Below, piece by piece: positions 1 through 7,242 of a DNA stretch of 15,043 nucleotides. Each line of letters starts with the position of its first letter. Within the stretch, counting starts at the first letter, position 1. The translations under genes were made by a program, and so were the position numbers. The notes beneath the pieces were generated by a model. The model ran no database searches and was not told where the DNA came from. It worked only from the letters and a program-made list of their open reading frames with translations. Origin of the DNA: Candidatus Nanobsidianus stetteri (GTDB lineage Archaea > Nanobdellota > Nanobdellia > Nanobdellales > Nanobdellaceae). The stretch is from NCBI RefSeq assembly GCF_003086415.1, contig NZ_QEFP02000013.1, positions 1 to 15,043 of the forward strand. Direction: 5' to 3'.

Positions 1-55
1 AATGCCAATAGAATATAATGGATTGGAAAATTTGGAAAATGATATTAAGAATTAT
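1..55. repeat. Left arm of a perfect 55-bp terminal inverted repeat (partner 14989-15043)
   Basis: The reverse complement of 14989-15043 is identical to 1-55 by direct base-by-base comparison. Identity ends at position 56 (a versus t). The arm carries the ATG and first 18 codons of ORF 2-424. Confidence 0.9.
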
Positions 56-424
56 AAGGAAAAGAAGTATGATATAATTGAAATGGAAAAATTAAAAGAA
101 TCTTTATTATATCATATTAGAAATATAAGAAATTTAATTGAAGATAAGAGGGAAGAAATATTATTGAGATTTAAATATTCAATAATTGATAAAGAAAAAA
201 ATAAAAACTATGATCTATATTTGTCAAAATCTAAATTATATATAGTAACAGAAAATGGAATCGATATATATGATTATAATGGGAATAAAATCGGTACATT
301 TAATGATCCAAAATATAGGGAAGAAATGATTAAAGACATTAGCAAAGATGGTTTAAATTATTTAGACAATAATGTTATTAGTGCACTAAATAAAATATTT
401 AAAGATTATTATATATCAAAATAG
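2..424 (+). CDS. Hypothetical protein (140 aa), no family recognised
   Basis: Uninterrupted ORF with ATG at 2 and only a 2-nt gap to the downstream eL33 gene. Lys/Glu/Asn/Ile-rich composition matches the other genes. The first 54 nt belong to the terminal inverted repeat. The window edge prevents judging the upstream region. Confidence 0.5.
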   Translation: MPIEYNGLENLENDIKNYKEKKYDIIEMEKLKESLLYHIRNIRNLIEDKREEILLRFKYSIIDKEKNKNYDLYLSKSKLYIVTENGIDIYDYNGNKIGTFNDPKYREEMIKDISKDGLNYLDNNVISALNKIFKDYYISK

Positions 425-426
425 AG

Positions 427-771
427 ATGAAGGGAATAATATTAAATTATAGGATGGGTAGGCATCATATATATCCAAATCAAGTAATAGTAAAATTTGA
501 AAATATAAACAATAAGTATGAGGCAAGTAAATATATTGGAAAGCATGTAATATGGGTAAGTCCAGGAAAGAAAATTTTTATTGGAAAAATTGTTGATATA
601 CATGGAAATAAGGGTAATTTAAGGGTTAGATTTAATAAAGGAATACCTGGACAAGCTTTGGGAGATATCGTTTTATTAATTGATAATATAGATAAAGTAA
701 AGGAAATAAGGGAAAAAATAAAAAATGCAAAGGATATAAATCAAATAAGGAGTATTTTAATTAATGCTTAA
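427..771 (+). CDS. rpl35ae: Ribosomal protein eL33 (L35Ae) with a C-terminal extension of about 25 aa
   Basis: 'RMGRHHIYPNQVIVKFENI..ASKYIGKHVIWV...GKIVDIHGNKGNLRVRFNKGIPGQALGDIV' follows the L35Ae family pattern (R-G-R-H...N-Q, HGN-x-G-x-hR-x-xF, P-x-x-A-x-G). Its end overlaps the next gene by 8 nt. Confidence 0.85.
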   Translation: MKGIILNYRMGRHHIYPNQVIVKFENINNKYEASKYIGKHVIWVSPGKKIFIGKIVDIHGNKGNLRVRFNKGIPGQALGDIVLLIDNIDKVKEIREKIKNAKDINQIRSILINA

Positions 772-1429
772 ATTTACTGGAACTGAAGGTTTAATATTTT
801 TTGATAAAATTTTGGTTATTTCTGATCTACATATTGGTATAGAAAGGGAATTATATAAAAAGGGGATAAATATTCCTTCCCAAGTAAATTACTATATAAA
901 TAAAATAAAGAAAATTCATGAAAAATATAAAATAGAGTATTTAATAATTGATGGAGATTTAAAACATAATATACCTGAAACAACTTTACAAGAAATGTCG
1001 GATATTCCTTATTTTATAAATGAAATTTCTCAATATTTCAAGAAAATATATATAATAAAGGGGAATCATGATGGAGATATTGAAGAATTAATTAATGGAA
1101 TAAATAATGTTAAAATTTTGAAGGCATTAAAAATAAAAAATGTTGTATTTACTCACGGAAATTTAAATACAAAATTGAAAGGAAAATATTATGTTATTGG
1201 GCACCATCATTTTGCAAAAAGTATTTCTACAAGTATTGGAGAAAGCATATATGAAAAAGTTTTTGTAATTGGATATAAAGATAATAAAGTAATTATAATT
1301 TTACCTGCATTTTCTGATTTAGCTGGATTATGGGATGTTGGGGAATTTCAAGGTCCAATTGCAAAGGGAATAAAAAAATATGAAGTATATACTTTAGACG
1401 GAATTTTAATTGAAGAAAAGGAAATATAA
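764..1429 (+). CDS. Binuclear metallophosphoesterase (calcineurin-like, MPE/SbcD-related small archaeal type)
   Basis: Ordered metallophosphoesterase motifs are present: 'ISDLHIG' (DxH), 'IIDGDLKH' (GDxxH), 'IKGNHD' (GNHD), 'FTHGN' and 'IGHHH' (GHxH). Confidence 0.8.
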   Translation: MLKFTGTEGLIFFDKILVISDLHIGIERELYKKGINIPSQVNYYINKIKKIHEKYKIEYLIIDGDLKHNIPETTLQEMSDIPYFINEISQYFKKIYIIKGNHDGDIEELINGINNVKILKALKIKNVVFTHGNLNTKLKGKYYVIGHHHFAKSISTSIGESIYEKVFVIGYKDNKVIIILPAFSDLAGLWDVGEFQGPIAKGIKKYEVYTLDGILIEEKEI

Positions 1430-1563
1430 AAATTTTAATATTGTACAATATGTCAATTTTATTTATTAAATTAATTTATTTTTTGAGATTTTTTTAATTT
1501 ATATAATTAATTGAAATTTTAATATTTTTTAAAAGAATTTTTCAATATTTTTATAATGCTATA

Positions 1564-1571
1564 TTTATAAA
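1564..1571 (+). promoter_or_regulatory. TATA box (TTTATAAA) upstream of the helicase gene
   Basis: The octamer TTTATAAA is centred about 31 nt upstream of the ATG at 1599, in a 169-bp intergenic spacer. The same octamer recurs at about -27 of four other transcription-unit starts in this window. Confidence 0.4.
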
Positions 1572-1598
1572 AAATTTTTAGAAAAATATAAATTATCT

Positions 1599-2750
1599 AT
1601 GACATATAAACTTAATAAAAAAGTAGAAGAATTGTTCTTTGAAAGATTCAAAGATTTTACTCCAATTCAAAAAATAGCAATTCCAGAAATATTAAGTGGA
1701 AATAATACTTTAATTGTTGCACCTACAGGATCTGGAAAAACAGAGGCTGCAATATTACCAGTATTTTCAAAAATATTGGAATTAAAGGAAAAAGGGATTG
1801 AAAATCAATTGTTGGGAATTTATATATCACCATTGAGAGCATTGAATAGGGATTTATTGGATAGAATAAAATGGTGGTGTGATAATTTAGGAATAACTGT
1901 TGCAGTAAGACATGGGGATACTGAAGAAAAGGAAAGGGCAAGATTATCTAAAAAACCTGTAGAATTTTTAATAACAACGCCAGAAACTTTCCAAATATTA
2001 TTTTTAGGAAAAAGATTAAGAGAACAATTAAAAACAATAAAATATGTTATTGTAGATGAATTACATGAATTATTAAATGAAAAGAGAGGAATACAACTAT
2101 CTTTAGGTTTAGAAAGATTGGTAAATTATGCTGGAGAATTTCAGAGAATTGCATTATCTGCAACAATTGGAGATTTGGATGAAGCTGCAAAATTTATTTT
2201 TGGATATAGGAATTATAAAATTGCATATTGGTATGCGGAGAAAAAATACCATATAGAAGTATATTATCCAGAAATTAGTGAAGAAGATTTGGAATTGGCA
2301 AAGAAATATAATTGGAATCCAAAAATAGCATGGAGTTTAAGGAAAATAAAGGAAATATTGGATAAACATAGATCTGTAATAATATTTGTAAATACAAGAG
2401 AAATGGCAGAATTATTATCTTCAAGATTTAAGGTTTGGTTACCAGAATATAAGATTGAAATACATCATAGTTCTTTATCAAGGGAGGTAAGGGAAAGAAA
2501 TGAAAAATTATTTAAGGAAGGGAAAATTAAGGCAATTATTGCAACATCTTCTTTAGAACTTGGTATAGATATTGGATATGTAGATGCTGTTATTCAATAT
2601 AATTCACCCAGACAGGTTACAAGGTTAATACAAAGGATCGGAAGAGCAGGTCATAAATTGCATGAAGTATCTATTGGATATATAATTACAACAGATATAG
2701 ACGATTATGCAGAAAGTTTGGCAATTAAAAAATTTACATTGGAAAAATAA
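1599..2750 (+). CDS. Lhr-like superfamily 2 DExH helicase, RecA1+RecA2 core only (383 aa)
   Basis: Motifs seen: motif I 'APTGSGKTEAA' preceded by 'FTPIQKIAIPEILSGNNTLIV', motif II 'VDELHEL', motif III 'SATIG', motif V 'ATSSLELGIDIG', motif VI 'QRIGRAGH'. The ORF ends about 30 aa after motif VI, so the winged-helix and domain-4 parts typical of Lhr proteins are absent. Confidence 0.85.
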   Translation: MTYKLNKKVEELFFERFKDFTPIQKIAIPEILSGNNTLIVAPTGSGKTEAAILPVFSKILELKEKGIENQLLGIYISPLRALNRDLLDRIKWWCDNLGITVAVRHGDTEEKERARLSKKPVEFLITTPETFQILFLGKRLREQLKTIKYVIVDELHELLNEKRGIQLSLGLERLVNYAGEFQRIALSATIGDLDEAAKFIFGYRNYKIAYWYAEKKYHIEVYYPEISEEDLELAKKYNWNPKIAWSLRKIKEILDKHRSVIIFVNTREMAELLSSRFKVWLPEYKIEIHHSSLSREVRERNEKLFKEGKIKAIIATSSLELGIDIGYVDAVIQYNSPRQVTRLIQRIGRAGHKLHEVSIGYIITTDIDDYAESLAIKKFTLEK

Positions 2751-2751
2751 A

Positions 2752-4047
2752 TTAATGAAGAAGCTTTTCTAAAAATTGTATCCTTCTATTAACTAAATTT
2801 TTTAATTCTCTTATATAATTTTTTGATTTATTTAATGCAGAGAATATACCTATTTCATATTTCCTATTATCAGGATCATTGAAAATGTGTCTAAGTCTCA
2901 ATTCAATATTTCTTTTAAATGCATCTTCAAATTCATCAAACCTCATCAATAATGTTTCTACTTTTCTATATTCATTTATTGTATCTTGTATATCTTTAAA
3001 TATTTGACTATATGGACCTCCTTGTGAATGAAAAATAAATATATAGCTATAATGCAGTAGATTTTCTAGTTTTGATTTATGACTAGCAAGATATTTAAGA
3101 TTATCAATTATTTTTTGTATCTCCTCATAAAGATCTTTTGTTGATTTTTCAGTATCTAATATCTCTGATTTATGCATACGACCTCTTATTTTTATTAAAG
3201 TGTTAATAAAATTGTCTTTTTCCTTTATTTGCTCGGGTGAAAGAAGATTCTGATTTTGAAGCTGGTTAAAGTATATCTCACATCTATTTATAAAATTATT
3301 AATAAATGCTCTGTATGCATTTTCTAATTCAGATAAAGTAGTTTCGAATTTTGCATTTGCATTGCTAAGTTGATTGTTTATATTTTCTATATCATTATCA
3401 ATTTTTTCTCTTCCTTCTTCCAGATATTTTATATCTTGTTCAGAAAGATCTTTTCTTGCTTTCTTTAATTCCCCTTCTACTTTTAATAACTCTTTTTCTA
3501 CATTAGCTACAAAGGATTTAGCTGCATAATGGAAGCTTTTTCCATAAGAAATTGTAGCTCTTCCAAAGAAAAATAAAGCTATTAATACAAGTATTAATAA
3601 AATAAATCCGTAAAGATTAAGTAAAAATGGTATAGCATAACCTATTGCTATTGCAGAAAATGCGCTTAGAGCAAATACAAATAATATTTTTGATTTTCTC
3701 ATTGTTTCACTTTCAGTTATTTTAGCTCTTTGTATAAATATTTCAAAAAGATATGTATATATTGCAATAAAGAATAAAGTAGTTATTAAAAATATTACAA
3801 TAGTCCAAACATAAGATGGTACTCCATTAATAGATAAAAAATTAGCTAAATATTGACCCGCGGTTGAATAACCATTAAACGAAGAGTTAATAAGCTCTTG
3901 GATAATCAAGTTCGATTCTAAACTACTTACTTCATTATTTTGTCCAGATGTTGTTTGTGAATACACTGAATAAATAAACCCTATTAAGAATAGGATAGTA
4001 AATATGGGTATTCGTAGCTTCTTATTAATATTTTTTGTACCTTCCAT
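2752..4047 (-). CDS. Membrane protein: signal peptide, short ectodomain, 3 TM helices, helical/coiled-coil cytoplasmic domain of about 250 aa (431 aa)
   Basis: N-terminus 'KKLRIPIFTILFLIGFIYSVYSQT' is signal-like. Three hydrophobic stretches follow ('VWTIVIFLITTLFFIAIYTYLF', 'ILFVFALSAFSAIAIGYAIPFLL', 'GFILLILVLIALFFF'), then a long heptad-like Lys/Glu/Asn/Leu-rich region. A TTTATAAA box lies 27 nt upstream. No family recognised. Confidence 0.6.
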   Translation of the reverse strand: MEGTKNINKKLRIPIFTILFLIGFIYSVYSQTTSGQNNEVSSLESNLIIQELINSSFNGYSTAGQYLANFLSINGVPSYVWTIVIFLITTLFFIAIYTYLFEIFIQRAKITESETMRKSKILFVFALSAFSAIAIGYAIPFLLNLYGFILLILVLIALFFFGRATISYGKSFHYAAKSFVANVEKELLKVEGELKKARKDLSEQDIKYLEEGREKIDNDIENINNQLSNANAKFETTLSELENAYRAFINNFINRCEIYFNQLQNQNLLSPEQIKEKDNFINTLIKIRGRMHKSEILDTEKSTKDLYEEIQKIIDNLKYLASHKSKLENLLHYSYIFIFHSQGGPYSQIFKDIQDTINEYRKVETLLMRFDEFEDAFKRNIELRLRHIFNDPDNRKYEIGIFSALNKSKNYIRELKNLVNRRIQFLEKLLH

Positions 4048-4070
4048 TTTGTTATATAAATTTGTTGAAA

Positions 4071-4078
4071 TTTATAAA
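4071..4078 (-). promoter_or_regulatory. TATA box (TTTATAAA) for the 431-aa membrane protein gene
   Basis: The palindromic octamer is centred 27.5 nt upstream of the ATG at 4047 on the minus strand. Confidence 0.45.
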
Positions 4079-4168
4079 TTATTTCCTTACAACTATAACA
4101 AAAAAGGAATAAACATAGAAAAAATTAAATAAAAATATTAAATAAATAAAAAAAGTTATAATGTAGTG

Positions 4169-4271
4169 GCTTTATATGTATTCGGGATTTTTTCTTCATA
4201 ACTTCTTTTATTTCTAAAACATTTTCTAATGCTAAATTTAAGGTAATATTTAATTCTTTACTTGAAATTTC
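4169..4271 (-). pseudogene. Decayed duplicate of the 3' end of rrp41
   Basis: 4210-4271 aligns without gaps to 5945-6006 (54 of 62 identical by hand alignment), including the exact 20-mer ttttctaatgctaaatttaa. Weaker gapped similarity extends to about 4169 versus 5913. Same orientation as rrp41, with no open frame. Confidence 0.6.
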
Positions 4272-4282
4272 GTATTTTTATA

Positions 4283-4400
4283 GTTTAGAAAGAATGGTAA
4301 ATTATGTTGCGGAATTTTAAAGGAAAGAATTTTTCTTTAATATCTAAGAATGAAAAATTAAAATGAATTTTGTAAAATTTATTTAAATTTTTTGGATTAG
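4283..4400 (+). pseudogene. Decayed duplicate of an internal segment of the helicase gene
   Basis: 4283-4318 aligns to 2107-2142 (31 of 36 identical: gtttagaaaga.tggtaaattatg..g..gaattt). A second patch matches, (t)aaaatttattt..ttttggat.a at about 4371-4400 versus 2186-2212. The segment between is more degraded. Same orientation as the helicase. Confidence 0.5.
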
Positions 4401-4563
4401 ATGTAAGATGGGGAAAGGCATCTTATCAATAGATCTTTCTAAAGATTTGAGCTTTTTAAATGTAATTTTATCATTTTAATTTCTTTTGATAATTTTAAAG
4501 TTCTATAATTAGATTTGTAAATAGTTCGATAAGAATATAACACTTTATGCAAATTATAGTTAA

Positions 4564-5832
4564 TTAACGTATTCTAAAAATTTTTAAAATACTTATAGAT
4601 AATCTAAGTATTCTAGCGGTCAGGAATAATAATCTTTTTGGATTTCCCCTAAATCTACGTAAATAAAGTAAAAGTTTAGATAATTTTTTTATAGATCTAC
4701 GAGTTTTAGATAATATTTCCATTCTTTTTAATGGAGATATCCTTGGATTTTTAGAAATAGCAGCGGTGGAGTTTCGCATTATTTGTATTTCTTTTATTAG
4801 AGCTCTTTTATTATTATTATTTATAGGTAAAAGAGAAACAGTATTAGTATCTATATTTAAAGTGTTATTTATTTCATTTGCATATTTCCTACTAATAGTT
4901 TCTGCAGAAATTAACAATCTATTTAAATCTGCGAATATTTTCTGACCTTCTTTGTATGTAGTATTTAATCTCGTAATCAAGTCGTTTAGTATTTTTCTTA
5001 ATACTATCAAATACTTTGGTGTAAATTTATTTGTTCTAAATATTCTATTTCCAAATCTTCTTAATAAAGAAATATTGCTAAACATAGTACTTATTATTCT
5101 ACTTAACTGTTTGGTTTTATATATAGCATTATTATATATTATATTGAATTTTGATGAATAAGCTACTAACATATGTTGAGTTAATCTTTCATTTTCGGTT
5201 TCTTTTAATAGTTGGAATATTATATTATTTAGAGTTTCTATATCTTTTTCTATAGAATTTAGTAAGTTTCTTATGTAAGGATGATTTAATATTCTATTTA
5301 GTTTATATATATCTTTTAAAATTTTATTTTCATTATTAAAAAAATTTCTAATATCTGATGTTGTTCTTGAAAAAATACTTCCTAATCCAGGATTAATCTT
5401 ACTTAAGCTTTCTTTAAGACTTTCTAATTTAGATTTACCAATTCTAAATACTTTTATTATAAATGCAGTAATTAATATAGGCATAACAAAAGGCCAAAAG
5501 AGGTATGTAAGTATTAAAGATATCAATGCTGAGATTAGCAATTTTTGGGATTCGGGAGCTAAACTATTAAAAATATTTAAGAATCTTCTAAATATAAAAA
5601 ATAAAGCAAAAAAGGAGATTATATATGGTAAATTTTCTAAAATAATTGGTGCCAAAGGACCTAAATATTGAGAAAGAATATTAGCAGATGATTCTAATAA
5701 TTGTTTATCTAAATATAATGTACCTATAGATTCATTATACCATGTATAAATATAATTATTTGATTGTGAATAAATATTAGTAAAGTTTAGGATAAAAGTT
5801 AAGATCATCAGATATTTATAATTTCTTCCCAT
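4564..5832 (-). CDS. Membrane protein: signal peptide, short ectodomain, 3 TM helices, long helical and very basic cytoplasmic domain (422 aa)
   Basis: Signal-like 'YLMILTFILNFTNIYSQS'. Hydrophobic stretches 'PYIISFFALFFIF', 'LLISALISLILTYLFWPFVMPILITAFIIKVF'. About 280 aa of helical Asn/Ile/Leu/Arg/Lys-rich sequence ending in an Arg/Lys-rich tail. Same architecture as the 431-aa protein, with a shared ectodomain 'QYL' motif. Own TTTATAAA box 27 nt upstream. Confidence 0.6.
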   Translation of the reverse strand: MGRNYKYLMILTFILNFTNIYSQSNNYIYTWYNESIGTLYLDKQLLESSANILSQYLGPLAPIILENLPYIISFFALFFIFRRFLNIFNSLAPESQKLLISALISLILTYLFWPFVMPILITAFIIKVFRIGKSKLESLKESLSKINPGLGSIFSRTTSDIRNFFNNENKILKDIYKLNRILNHPYIRNLLNSIEKDIETLNNIIFQLLKETENERLTQHMLVAYSSKFNIIYNNAIYKTKQLSRIISTMFSNISLLRRFGNRIFRTNKFTPKYLIVLRKILNDLITRLNTTYKEGQKIFADLNRLLISAETISRKYANEINNTLNIDTNTVSLLPINNNNKRALIKEIQIMRNSTAAISKNPRISPLKRMEILSKTRRSIKKLSKLLLYLRRFRGNPKRLLFLTARILRLSISILKIFRIR

Positions 5833-5855
5833 AATGATCTAAAAATATTTTATAC

Positions 5856-5863
5856 TTTATAAA
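5856..5863 (-). promoter_or_regulatory. TATA box (TTTATAAA) for the 422-aa membrane protein gene
   Basis: The octamer is centred 27.5 nt upstream of the ATG at 5832, inside the 48-nt spacer downstream of rrp41. Confidence 0.45.
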
Positions 5864-5872
5864 AGTTGTTAT

Positions 5873-5878
5873 AAAAAA
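5873..5878 (-). terminator. Oligo-T tract (T6 on the minus strand) just after the rrp41 stop
   Basis: A6 on the plus strand, equal to T6 on the coding strand, starts 3 nt after the rrp41 stop codon (5881-5883). Archaeal RNA polymerase is known to terminate at oligo-T tracts. Confidence 0.35.
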
Positions 5879-5880
5879 TA

Positions 5881-6639
5881 CTAATAAATAAAATTACCTG
5901 ATGAAGATAAATGCTTTAATATATTACTTTTCATTAAATTCTTTATTTCTAAAGCTTTTTCTAATGCTAAATTTAAAGCATCATTTAATTCTCTATTTGA
6001 AATTTCTCCATCCAATTGTATTAAAGTAAATTTTTTCTCCGAAGGAATTATTGCAACAGGTATATCTGTAGCTCTTCCTTCTCCATAATATTCTATATAT
6101 TTTGATTTTTCAGGATCTTTCCTTAATTTTTCTGAATCATAATCTTCTTCTTCTTTGTTTAAATCTACAACAATTTTTTCTCCAACCTTTCCAACTGCCA
6201 AACCTATTACTAAATCTTTCATTGGAATACCTGCTAAAGATAATGCCAAAGATGCAGCATTTATACTTGCAGTCCTTGTTCCAGCATCTGCATTTAATAT
6301 TTCAATATATATATCTATAATACTTCCAGGAATTTCTTCTAATAATAATGCGGGCTCTAATGCTCTTTTAATTACTTCAGATAATTCAATTTCTCTTCTA
6401 CCTGGTGTAGGTTTTTTCCTTTCAGGTGTAGAAAATGTTAGCATATTATATCTAACCCTTAAGAATGCTTTTTCATAATCTAAAGACATTTTTGAAGGTT
6501 TTGGCCCATATACAGCAGCTAATGCAACAGTATCACCAAAAGAAAATATTGCAGATCCTTTTGCATTATCTATTACATTTAACTTTATATTTATTTTTCT
6601 TAATTCATTATATTCTCTACCATCAAATCTTTTTACCAT
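5881..6639 (-). CDS. rrp41: Exosome complex exonuclease Rrp41 (RNase PH domain)
   Basis: 'RFDGREYNELRKI', 'GSAIFSFGDTVALAAVYGP', 'PGRREIELSEVIKRALEPALLLE' and the RNase PH signature 'LNADAGTRTASINAASLAL'. It sits immediately downstream of rrp4, the conserved archaeal order. It contains an apparent insertion of about 18 aa, 'KLRKDPEKSKYIEYYGEG'. Confidence 0.9.
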   Translation of the reverse strand: MVKRFDGREYNELRKINIKLNVIDNAKGSAIFSFGDTVALAAVYGPKPSKMSLDYEKAFLRVRYNMLTFSTPERKKPTPGRREIELSEVIKRALEPALLLEEIPGSIIDIYIEILNADAGTRTASINAASLALSLAGIPMKDLVIGLAVGKVGEKIVVDLNKEEEDYDSEKLRKDPEKSKYIEYYGEGRATDIPVAIIPSEKKFTLIQLDGEISNRELNDALNLALEKALEIKNLMKSNILKHLSSSGNFIY

Positions 6640-6641
6640 TT

Positions 6642-7241
6642 TTATTTATTTTCCAAAATTTCTTTAACCTTTTCAGTTAAACCCCTTTTATATGAATTAT
6701 TTATAATGAATCTAATAATATCTACTGCCTTTGATACTTCATTTATATCACCATTTAAATATATTCTACCATTTTTTCCAATTATTATGTCAATTTTTAA
6801 ATATTGTTTAATTAAATTTAGCATTGAAGAATTTTTTCCAATTACTCTTGGAATTCTTGCAGGATCTACCTTTAATATTAACCCATCATTTAATTTTTCC
6901 TTTTTCTTAATATCCAAATCTATTAATTTATTCTTTGTCATTCTTACAATTTGACATAATATATAATCCCCATAAGTATATATATCATTTGGATCCATTC
7001 CAATATCTTTTAAAGATAACTTTCCTATATATGGGGAATTTATATCAACTAACCATCCATTAGATAATACATCAATTACTTTTCCAATTACAATATCATT
7101 TACTTCTGGCATGTAATATCCAAAAAGCCTTGTAGTTTTATCCTCATTTACTAATAATATATATTTTGAATAATAATTATTTTCTCTTTCATATGAATTA
7201 TTATCTTTTTTCTTTAAGTTATCTCCAGGTATTAATATCAT
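6642..7241 (-). CDS. rrp4: Exosome RNA-binding subunit Rrp4 (N-terminal, S1 and KH domains)
   Basis: 'ILIPGDNL' N-terminal motif. S1-like 'YMPEVNDIVIGKVIDVLSNGWLVDINSPYIGKLSL'. KH-like 'PARIPRVIGKNSSMLNLIKQYLKIDIIIGKNGRIYLNG'. A 2-nt gap separates it from the rrp41 start. Confidence 0.85.
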   Translation of the reverse strand: MILIPGDNLKKKDNNSYERENNYYSKYILLVNEDKTTRLFGYYMPEVNDIVIGKVIDVLSNGWLVDINSPYIGKLSLKDIGMDPNDIYTYGDYILCQIVRMTKNKLIDLDIKKKEKLNDGLILKVDPARIPRVIGKNSSMLNLIKQYLKIDIIIGKNGRIYLNGDINEVSKAVDIIRFIINNSYKRGLTEKVKEILENK

Positions 7242-7242
7242 C

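Noticed and set aside
4169-4400. The idea that the rrp41 and helicase fragments act as a trans-antisense regulatory RNA against their parent mRNAs
   Set aside because: This is pure speculation. Only about 86-87% identity is retained. No promoter is positioned to make the antisense strand of either fragment specifically. Decay scars of a rearrangement explain the data more simply.
4404-4450. Two adjacent small hairpins in the 4048-4563 spacer: taagatg/catctta with an 8-nt loop at 4404-4425, and tcaa..atcttt/aaagat..ttga at 4426-4450
   Set aside because: The stems are short (7 bp and 5-6+4 bp) and AT-rich, and could arise by chance in this composition. They lie in a region that looks like decaying gene fragments, with no flanking box motifs or oligo-T. 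This is not enough to call an RNA gene or terminator.
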